Shown here piece after piece: positions 19,699-27,420 of a stretch of DNA of 64,000 bases. The notes under the pieces are model-generated. The model ran no database searches. It saw nothing but the letters and a program-made list of their open reading frames with translations, and was not told the DNA's origin. The number at the start of each line of letters is the position of its first letter. The first letter of the stretch is position 1. This DNA is from Spirochaetota bacterium (GTDB lineage Bacteria; Spirochaetota; UBA4802; JAFGDQ01): positions 1 to 64,000 of the forward strand of contig JAZDKB010000004.1 of NCBI GenBank assembly GCA_043803405.1, given 5' to 3'. The position numbers were made by a program, and so were the translations under genes.

Positions 19699-20934
19699 TT
19701 AATACAGATACAGCGGATGAGAGTCCGGGTTCTTGCCGAAGAATGTGACATCATCAACAATCTTTATTTTTTCCCCGCGGAGAAGCGCGTATAGCGTGCG
19801 TTCTATGCCAATGCCTCCGCCGAAAGTATCCGGGAAAAGTTGCCCGCCGTCCCGGCCTTTCATTGAAGCAAACTGAAGAAACGGCCCATACCCTCCAAGG
19901 TCGTTGATATTTGCGATATTACCGTCTTCTATTATCGGCCGCGCCGGAAGGACCTTGTTGTCAAGTATCCTTTCAACTATCGGCTCATAAAGCCATTCTC
20001 TTATGGCGCCTGATAATATTTCTTTTGCAGTCGACTGCTTCCCGGTTTTTGCATCAATGCTTTTTGCAAGCATATCATAGTTAAATACATTCTGCGATTG
20101 CACTTTTAGCGGGTCGGCTTTTTTCCCTTCAGTGAATAAGTACGGATAGACCAGGTCATAGTTTTCCCTTAGAAGGCCGGTAATCCAGAAGAACTGCGAG
20201 TCTGTAGACTGTCCTGCTTTTTCTTCGTGACTTTTCTGGCCGTATTTTTTTACGCATTCGTCCTTTTGAAAGCTCGGGAAAGGTGTTTTGGGTATTTCTA
20301 TCACAATGCCAAGATCCTTCAAATTCTGTGAGTTGATTTTATTGATCTCCTCACATGCATAAACGAGCATCCTTTCAAAAAAGTTTTTTATCTTTGTCAT
20401 GTCTTCGTTAAGGATGTCGGTTACATATTTTACTTTGCTATAATATTCGTCAAGAGTGACGTTCCTGTTGCGCTTAAGTTCAATATCCATCTGAGAAAAA
20501 TCGGCGAGGTATTTCCCGCGCTGGGCGCCGGTGGGGCTTTCTATCTCGAGCCTGATGTTTGGCGAATCTACGAATATGCCTTTTATGCGCGGGTTTGAGC
20601 ATGCAAGAAATTTGCTGTAAATCATGCTGTGCGTTGTAAGGTATGTGTGTCCTTTGTAGTCGATGGACGGCGTGTGTTCAATGTCGTGAGCAAGCGGGTC
20701 TGTTATTATGCTGAGCATTACTTTTTCTAAATTAAACAGGCCTTCTTTAACAAGGAACTGGTTCATGGAATTAACAAAGGTTGTCCGGATTGCCATCGCA
20801 TTGTAAAGATCATCCGATATCCATTTGCCGGAGTAATTTGATTTTATGTAGTCTTCGAAGGTTTCCCCGCCTTCATTTATTGCAGCCTGAAATCTGTAAA
20901 GGCTTTCGCCGATTATTTTAATTTTATCTTCCAT
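19699..20934 (-). CDS. Class II aaRS paralog without an anticodon domain, archaeal-type asparagine synthetase (AS-AR)-like
   Basis: SIITDPL, THSMIYSK, SPNIRLE...FSQMDIE (motif 2), EILSGAIREW and GGGIGIER (motif 3) resemble archaeal AS-AR/AsnRS2. Confidence 0.75.
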   Translation of the reverse strand: MEDKIKIIGESLYRFQAAINEGGETFEDYIKSNYSGKWISDDLYNAMAIRTTFVNSMNQFLVKEGLFNLEKVMLSIITDPLAHDIEHTPSIDYKGHTYLTTHSMIYSKFLACSNPRIKGIFVDSPNIRLEIESPTGAQRGKYLADFSQMDIELKRNRNVTLDEYYSKVKYVTDILNEDMTKIKNFFERMLVYACEEINKINSQNLKDLGIVIEIPKTPFPSFQKDECVKKYGQKSHEEKAGQSTDSQFFWITGLLRENYDLVYPYLFTEGKKADPLKVQSQNVFNYDMLAKSIDAKTGKQSTAKEILSGAIREWLYEPIVERILDNKVLPARPIIEDGNIANINDLGGYGPFLQFASMKGRDGGQLFPDTFGGGIGIERTLYALLRGEKIKIVDDVTFFGKNPDSHPLYLY

Positions 20935-21153
20935 ATATTTATCCCGATAGATTGCTTTTTGTCCGGCACATAATATTTTTCTTCTGGAATAATGTCAAAT
21001 AAAAGAATGACTAAAATTTACAATACTGTAATATTTGTTGTTTATTTTATATTGAACTTTATTATTGTGTTTGTAAAAAATGCTAAAATTATCCCTAAAT
21101 AGCTCTTGATATTAAATCATTTTACATTTATGGCTTTGTAATATTATTAGAAC

Positions 21154-21198
21154 TCAATTTTTAGCACTATTAACCGTTAAAAATGAATGTGACAGTGT
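21154..21198 (+). repeat. 45-bp element also present at 33123-33167 (39/45 identical)
   Basis: Direct alignment by eye; internal TTTTTAG/YTAAAAA stem. Confidence 0.75.
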
Positions 21199-21265
21199 AT
21201 TTGCAATACTTATTTGTTAAATAAATATTCGTCTTATGTATAATATTTAAGGATTTCTTTATATA

Positions 21266-24157
21266 ATGAAAGATATTACCGAAAAAAATTCCCGTGAGAT
21301 TTTAAACCTTATAAACAACAGAGAAATTTCCTGTGAAGAGCTGATGAGGGCTACTCTTGATCAGATCGCCAAATATGATCCGATTCTCGAAGCGTTCATT
21401 TCCATGTATGATGAGTCTTTGCTGCTGGAGCAGGCGAGGTCTAGCGACAGAAGGCGCAGCAACGGATCTCCGCTTAGCCCGATTGACGGCATTCCGGTTG
21501 CAGTAAAGGATAATATGCATTCGATCGGCATTCCGACAACATGCGCTTCGAGGATACTCGAAAACTATAATCCGCCTTATGATTCAACTGCCGTGAGGCT
21601 GATAAAAGAAAGCGGCGGCATTATTGTCGGCAAAACGAACATGGATGAGTTCGCGATGGGATCGACATGCGAGACTTCGGCATTTAATCATACGCGTAAT
21701 CCGTGGGACATACATCGTGTGCCGGGAGGCTCATCCGGCGGCTCCGCAGTAGCTGTCGCGTCCGGTATGGTTCCGCTTGCGCTCGGGAGCGACACAGGCG
21801 GATCGATACGCCAGCCTGCCGCGTTCTGCGGGATAACCGGGCTTAAGCCGACATACGGGCTTGTGTCGCGCTACGGTCTTGCCGCGTACGCGTCTTCGCT
21901 TGACCAGATAGGGCCTATGTCGCGCGATGTTTACGGGAACGCGGCGCTTCTCGGCATTATAAGCGGCCATGACACGAAAGACTCCACTTCACTTGAAGCT
22001 GCAAAGGCCGGTTATACGGCAGAGCTTGACGGGAACATTAAGGGCGTTCGGGTTGCCGTAGTCCGGGAGCTTGCCGGCGAAGGGGTGTCGCGTCCGGTCC
22101 AGGAACAATTCTCCAAAGCAATAAAAACCATGGAAGGGCTGGGCGCTGCCGTGAGCGAGATTTCATTATCCTGCATAAAATATGTTATTTCTGCTTATTA
22201 CTTAATTGCGACTGCAGAGGCATGCTCCAATTTGTCGCGCTACGACGGAGTGAAGTACGGGTTCAGGAGCGGCAAGCAGAGCGACTTCCAGGAAATGCTT
22301 TTTACGACGCGCTCTTACGGGTTCGGCAAGGAAGTGAAGAAACGGATTTTGCTCGGAAATTTTGTGCTTTCATCCGGGTACTATGATGAGTATTACAGAA
22401 AGGCACTTAAAGTCAGGGCATTCATAAGAGAAGAAATGAAGGATGTTTTTAAATCGTTCGATGTGATCGTAATGCCGGCTGCTCCGGACATCGCGTTCCT
22501 TCACGGCGAGAGCCAGAGAGATGTCATGAAAATGTATCTTTCGGATATTACAACTGTACTCGCAAACCTGGCCGGGCTTCCGGCAATTTCTGTTCCGTGC
22601 GGCATTGCTTCCGGTATGCCGTCGGGCTTCCAGCTTATGGGAAGGCCCCTTGACGAGCAGACGCTTTTACGGATCGCATCCGCGTTCGAGGCCGGGCAGG
22701 AAAGGCATATTCCGGACCTTAAAAAGATTCTGGAAGCGCATGCGCATATTGTCGGCGCTGTAAGCAAAGACAACACTGAGGCCGCGACAGATGCGACGCA
22801 TGTTTATACTAAGGATAACATCAGAAAGATTTCGCATTTATATAATGCAAGGACGAAAACACTAACAGAACGCGTTTTCTGCAATGAGCTTGAAGCAATG
22901 GTAGGCAGGAATGTTTTGCTTGCAGGCTGGATACACAGAAAGAAAAACCTGGGTGGTATAGAGTTCTACGACCTCAGGGACAGGACAGGCTTTACCCAGC
23001 TTGTTATTGAAGGTGAAAAGCCTGTTGAGCGCATCACGGCAGAGAGCGTAGTTGAAGTAAGGGGCAAGGTGACAAAAGAGGAACGGAGCCCTTATGGAAA
23101 CATTGAAATAAAAGTAGAGAGCATTAATGTAATTACTCATGCTGAAAGCAGTATACCGGTAAGCATAAACAATCCGGCGGACAATGTGAACCTGTCGACC
23201 ATACTAGACAACAGAAATGTTTCAATCCGGAACCCCGGTATTTTGTCTGCGTTCAGGGTACAGTCCGAAATTGTGAAACTATTTGCCGAATACTTAAGGC
23301 AGCAGAGTTTCACTGAGATAAAAAGCCCCAAGATCATATCTTCCGGTACTGAAGGCGGCACGAATATTTTTGAAGTAAAATATTTCGACCGTGTTGCATA
23401 CCTGGCGCAATCGCCGCAATTTTATAAACAGATAATGGTAGGCAGCGGACTGGAAAGAGTGTTCGAGATTGGCCCTGTGTTCAGGGCAGAGCATCACGAC
23501 ACCATCAGGCATTTGAACGAATATATAAGCCTGGACTTTGAGATGGGATTCATACGCGATGAACAGGATGTCATTGACATGCAGGAAAACCTGATTAAAT
23601 ATATCTTCCAAAATATTAAAATTAAATTTAAGGATGATGTGAACATGCCTGCTTTGTTCCTGGAAGTGCCTGATAAAATTCCGCGCGTGCATTTCCTTGA
23701 AGCTATGGACATAGTGCAGTCGATGGGAGTCAGGGATATGGAAGAGGGCGATATTTCGCCTGCTGGCGAAAAGGCGCTCTGCGATTATTTTGAGAAAAAG
23801 AAGAATTCTTCTTTTGTATACGTGATCGGGTACCCTGTTAAAAAAAGACCCATGTACACAATGCCGGACGAACGGCTGCCCGGGTACACGAGGAGCTTCG
23901 ACCTTATTTACAGGGGGATAGAGATAACCACAGGCGGACAGCGTATCCATGACTATCACCAGTTAAGGGAAAATATCGTGGAGTTCGGTTTTAATCCGGG
24001 CGAGTACAGGGATTATCTTTCCATATTTAAATACGGAATGCCGCCTCACGGCGGGCTCGGCATGGGGCTGGAGCGGCTTACTATGAAGATATGCAATCTG
24101 AAAAATATTCGCGAGGCGTCATTGTTCCCGAGGGATATTAACAGGATTTCACCGTAG
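21266..24157 (+). CDS. gatA-aspS: GatA (about aa 1-476) fused through a ~58-aa linker to an archaeal-type non-discriminating aspartyl-tRNA synthetase (about aa 535-963)
   Basis: Amidase motifs [38 protein letters not shown] and SNLSRYDG; AspRS OB fold [35 protein letters not shown] and [15 protein letters not shown]. One open frame throughout. Confidence 0.93.
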   Translation: MKDITEKNSREILNLINNREISCEELMRATLDQIAKYDPILEAFISMYDESLLLEQARSSDRRRSNGSPLSPIDGIPVAVKDNMHSIGIPTTCASRILENYNPPYDSTAVRLIKESGGIIVGKTNMDEFAMGSTCETSAFNHTRNPWDIHRVPGGSSGGSAVAVASGMVPLALGSDTGGSIRQPAAFCGITGLKPTYGLVSRYGLAAYASSLDQIGPMSRDVYGNAALLGIISGHDTKDSTSLEAAKAGYTAELDGNIKGVRVAVVRELAGEGVSRPVQEQFSKAIKTMEGLGAAVSEISLSCIKYVISAYYLIATAEACSNLSRYDGVKYGFRSGKQSDFQEMLFTTRSYGFGKEVKKRILLGNFVLSSGYYDEYYRKALKVRAFIREEMKDVFKSFDVIVMPAAPDIAFLHGESQRDVMKMYLSDITTVLANLAGLPAISVPCGIASGMPSGFQLMGRPLDEQTLLRIASAFEAGQERHIPDLKKILEAHAHIVGAVSKDNTEAATDATHVYTKDNIRKISHLYNARTKTLTERVFCNELEAMVGRNVLLAGWIHRKKNLGGIEFYDLRDRTGFTQLVIEGEKPVERITAESVVEVRGKVTKEERSPYGNIEIKVESINVITHAESSIPVSINNPADNVNLSTILDNRNVSIRNPGILSAFRVQSEIVKLFAEYLRQQSFTEIKSPKIISSGTEGGTNIFEVKYFDRVAYLAQSPQFYKQIMVGSGLERVFEIGPVFRAEHHDTIRHLNEYISLDFEMGFIRDEQDVIDMQENLIKYIFQNIKIKFKDDVNMPALFLEVPDKIPRVHFLEAMDIVQSMGVRDMEEGDISPAGEKALCDYFEKKKNSSFVYVIGYPVKKRPMYTMPDERLPGYTRSFDLIYRGIEITTGGQRIHDYHQLRENIVEFGFNPGEYRDYLSIFKYGMPPHGGLGMGLERLTMKICNLKNIREASLFPRDINRISP

Positions 24158-24199
24158 GTAAATATTGATTGACGGATTTATTTTTAATGATTATTAAAA

Positions 24200-24472
24200 A
24201 TGATGCGATTCGAATGGGATAAATAAAAAGCAAAAGATAATCATACGAAACATCGTATATCTTTTGATGAAGCAGTTACAGTGTTTTATGATCCGTTATC
24301 GGCAACTTTTGATGATCCGGATCATTCAATTAATGAGCATAGATGGATAATTATAGGTTTTTCATCCCGTGGACGCCTGGTTGTAGTATCCTTTACCGAA
24401 AGAAGGGAAATAATTCGAATTATAAGCGCCCGTCCTGCGACGGCGCACGAAAGGAAACGACATGAAAATTAA
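24200..24472 (+). pseudogene. brnT: BrnT toxin with an in-frame TAA at codon 9 (24224-24226)
   Basis: Translates as MMRFEWDK*KAKDNHTKHRISFDEAVTVFYDP...DPDHS..EHRW..IG...IRIISARPAT..ERKRHE. Confidence 0.85.
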
Positions 24473-24722
24473 AGCAAAAAGGAATGTTGATGATTTACGG
24501 CCGGAGTATAATTTTGATTATTCAAAAGCTGTTCGCGGTAAATACGTAAAACGTTTACTGGATGAAGGGGCAAATGTTGTTGTGCTTGATCCGGATATAG
24601 CTAAGGCTTTCGGCAACTCGGCTGATGTAAATGACGCATTAAGATTGCTGCTTGATATTACAAGTTCAACACGCAGGATAACAATTCGTTCAAATATAAG
24701 CCATAATAAACGTCGTCGTTAA
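24462..24722 (+). CDS. brnA: BrnA-type antitoxin
   Basis: DLRPEYNFDYSKAVRGKY and VVLDPDIAKAF..S..VNDALR motifs; overlaps the brnT 3' end. Confidence 0.8.
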   Translation: MKIKAKRNVDDLRPEYNFDYSKAVRGKYVKRLLDEGANVVVLDPDIAKAFGNSADVNDALRLLLDITSSTRRITIRSNISHNKRRR

Positions 24723-24739
24723 TTAATATTTTGTCAGAG
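24676..24739 (+). other. Possible degenerate integron attC site
   Basis: TAACAATTCGTTCAA at 24679-24693 matches the start of the aadA-type attC as recalled; distal CGTTAAT and GTCAGAG sit at plausible L' and R' positions. Confidence 0.4.
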
Positions 24740-24788
24740 CTTGTACAAAATATAAAGCTGATCATGAAGAACTCCTGAACAATATATT

Positions 24789-26561
24789 ATGCTGAAAAAA
24801 CCAAAGATTAACATAGACAACCTGATCGAGCTTGCTTCGTTTGAAGTAAAGCCCGAAGAAAAACAGCAGTTCGTGAAAGAACTGGACGATTTTCTGGAAT
24901 ACGCCCGCGTAATAAACGAGGCATCTGTCGCGGATGTAAATCCCGCAAGCCATGCTGTGGACAGGAAAGCATATATGCGCGACGATACAAACAGCGCGTG
25001 GGATAAGCTTGACCTTTTACTCGGGAACGGGCCTGCTCTTCAGGGTACAAGCTACCTGGTGCCGCCGCAGGGAAGGAGCGGCGCAGGCACGGCTTCAGAA
25101 GAGAACGGGAACAGGGCCGCGGTTGCGGAAGCGGATTATGAGGCAGTGATCGGGCTCGAAGTGCACGCCCAGTTAAGAACGCGCACTAAGCTGTTCTGCG
25201 CATGTTCAACGCAGTTCGGCCGGGAGCCGAACGCGAACACGTGCCCCGTGTGCTCCGGGCATCCGGGCGTCCTGCCTGTGCTTAACAAAGAAGCAGTCAG
25301 CATGGCGATTCTCGCAGGGCTTGCGGCAGGATCAACTATAAACAAGCGTTCAGTCTTTGCGCGCAAGAATTATTTTTATCCCGACCTGCCGAAAGGCTAC
25401 CAGATATCCCAGTTCGAGGAACCCATCTGCTCCGGAGGGTTTATCGAGATAGAGATAAACGGTTCTGTAAAGAAAGTAAGGCTTAACCGCATACACATGG
25501 AAGAAGACGCCGGCAAGATGGTACACGTCGGTGCGCCCGGTATATGGGGATCGAAGGCGAGCGCCGTAGACTTTAACCGTTCGAGTGTGCCTCTCATAGA
25601 GATCGTAACAGAGCCGGACATGTCATCGGCCGAAGAAGCGCGCGAATACGTTGTAATGCTGCGCGCCATGCTTGTGTCGCTCGGGATATGCGACGGCAAC
25701 ATGGAAGAGGGAAGCCTGCGCTGCGACGCGAACGTTTCAATACGCCCAAAGGGAGCAAAGAAGCTCGGAACAAAGGTCGAGATTAAAAACATGAACTCGT
25801 TTAAGGCAATCGAAAGAGCTCTCGATTATGAAATCACACGGCTAAATAAAATGGTGAAGGCAGGCGCAAGAATAGGGCAGGAGACAAGGCTGTGGGACGA
25901 AAGCGGCCAGAAAACATATTCCATGAGGAGCAAAGAAGAATCGCACGACTACAGGTATTTCCCAGATCCCGATCTTTTGCCCATTGAACTAAGCGACGAA
26001 TGGATAGAAAAAGTCCGGGGAAAACTGACACATTCTCCGCTTACAAGAAAGCGTAAATATATTTCGGAATATTCTTTCTCAGGGAAGGAAGCGCGCCTCT
26101 TTATGATAAATCCTTCGTATGCAGATTTCTTTGAGGCTGTCCTTGCCGGTTATGATAATCCAAGGGCATTAGCGAACCTGTTTTTTACTGAGATATTGTC
26201 TTTAACCGGCAACATAGAAGAACTCAATATTAAGCCAGACGATCTGGCCATGCTTCTTAAAAAGATAGATTCCGGCGAGATCAGCGGTAAGATAGCAAAG
26301 AATGTTATCAAGAAAGCATTCTCTTCCGGTAAAGGACTGATCCAGATCATCGGTGAAGAGAACATAAAGCAGGAAACCGATCCTAAAGTAATTGAAGATA
26401 TAATAGATAAAATTATCGCCGACAATCAGTCCCAGGTCAATGATTACCGGAGCGGCAAGACAAAGATTTTCGGATTCTTTGTGGGCGAAGCAATGAAGGC
26501 AGCAAAAGGAAAGGCGAGCCCCGCGCTGGTAAATGAGATTTTGAAGAAGAAGCTCGGTTGA
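24789..26561 (+). CDS. gatC-gatB: GatC (about aa 1-94) fused through a Gly/Ala-rich linker to GatB (about aa 116-590)
   Basis: GatC-like N-terminus (LIELA...MRDD...LLGNGP...YLVP); GatB motifs VIGLEVHAQL, RKNYFYPDLPKGYQISQ, HMEEDAGK, LRCDANVS, YRYFPDPDL and FFVGEAMK. Confidence 0.93.
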   Translation: MLKKPKINIDNLIELASFEVKPEEKQQFVKELDDFLEYARVINEASVADVNPASHAVDRKAYMRDDTNSAWDKLDLLLGNGPALQGTSYLVPPQGRSGAGTASEENGNRAAVAEADYEAVIGLEVHAQLRTRTKLFCACSTQFGREPNANTCPVCSGHPGVLPVLNKEAVSMAILAGLAAGSTINKRSVFARKNYFYPDLPKGYQISQFEEPICSGGFIEIEINGSVKKVRLNRIHMEEDAGKMVHVGAPGIWGSKASAVDFNRSSVPLIEIVTEPDMSSAEEAREYVVMLRAMLVSLGICDGNMEEGSLRCDANVSIRPKGAKKLGTKVEIKNMNSFKAIERALDYEITRLNKMVKAGARIGQETRLWDESGQKTYSMRSKEESHDYRYFPDPDLLPIELSDEWIEKVRGKLTHSPLTRKRKYISEYSFSGKEARLFMINPSYADFFEAVLAGYDNPRALANLFFTEILSLTGNIEELNIKPDDLAMLLKKIDSGEISGKIAKNVIKKAFSSGKGLIQIIGEENIKQETDPKVIEDIIDKIIADNQSQVNDYRSGKTKIFGFFVGEAMKAAKGKASPALVNEILKKKLG

Positions 26562-26580
26562 TATATTTTGCCGTTCGCAG

Positions 26581-27102
26581 TTATTTCAATTTTTTTACTT
26601 CCGGTTTTTTGTCCTTTAATACAAATGCCGGTTTTATTGATTCGATTTTGCCAGCCAGGTCTTCCTTAAATATCCTGTAAACAAGAACAGCTGAATAATT
26701 TTCCTTATAATATTCGAAAGCGATCTGTCCGTATCGAAGGAATTCCCGCATCTCCTGTATCAGGTTCTTTTTTATTTCGTCGGAATTCTGAATGTCATTC
26801 GCATTCTTAATGTTTGATAGTTTGTAATTATAATTAAGATTATACTTTATAAGGTTAGTGATTACTTTGTTGTCCATCTCCGCTTTTGCGTTTTTAAGCG
26901 CACTCTCACGCGAAGCTACGAGCCCTCTAGCCTCTTTATCCGGCATCCCTGTAATGATCACCTGGTAATGATCCCTGTCGAGAAAACCTTCGGTAGTGTA
27001 ATCGTTTAAAAGCCTGTTGGTATCGTAATATTTTATTGTGCAGTTAAGAGATGCTGAAAGAATAACTGCAGCGAAAAGAAGCATTGTATAAAAATATTTC
27101 AT
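26581..27102 (-). CDS. Hypothetical lipoprotein
   Basis: Hydrophobic signal ending SLNC; TEGFLDRDHYQVIITG motif. Confidence 0.65.
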   Translation of the reverse strand: MKYFYTMLLFAAVILSASLNCTIKYYDTNRLLNDYTTEGFLDRDHYQVIITGMPDKEARGLVASRESALKNAKAEMDNKVITNLIKYNLNYNYKLSNIKNANDIQNSDEIKKNLIQEMREFLRYGQIAFEYYKENYSAVLVYRIFKEDLAGKIESIKPAFVLKDKKPEVKKLK

Positions 27103-27126
27103 ATTGTAATTTCCATTGACCTAATC

Positions 27127-27356
27127 TCTCCCTCTCCTTTCGGGCTGACTTCTACTCACATTTTTATTATTAACAAATATTTTGCCGTCTCGGCCCCCTA
27201 TCCCCCGGCGGGGGCACCGGCTTGGAATAAAACAACCAAATATTACTTCATTATTTTTCCCGATCTTGCCCCCTTTGGGGGTTAGGGGGCTGGGAGCATA
27301 CCCGATTTACAACTAAAATAATCAGCATGAGACAGCCCTGGGCCGGGGGTGAGGGC
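27127..27356. repeat. Nested palindromic repeat cluster
   Basis: Inverted 24-bp units GCCCCCTAWCCCCC-NNN-GGGGGCA at 27193-27216 and 27267-27290, inside GGGCTG...CAGCCC ends (27142/27338), inside CCCTCTCC...GGGGTGAGGG. Confidence 0.65.
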
Positions 27357-27420
27357 ATAAGGAGCTACCTTCTCCGCAATAATTTAAGTATTAATGACGA
27401 TATGTTTATTCTGCCCGCCC

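Noticed and set aside
20935..21265. T-box leader or tRNA(Asn) gene next to gatA-aspS
   Set aside because: No T-box consensus, terminator or cloverleaf was found; the region is very AT-rich.
23294..23959. Long antisense ORFs (this one, 16263-16874, 32136-32720, 38915-39490, 55493-56062 and others)
   Set aside because: They shadow well-supported genes on the opposite strand and show no recognisable motifs.
24224..24226. Stop-codon reassignment explaining the brnT TAA
   Set aside because: TAA is used as a normal terminator by many genes in this window.
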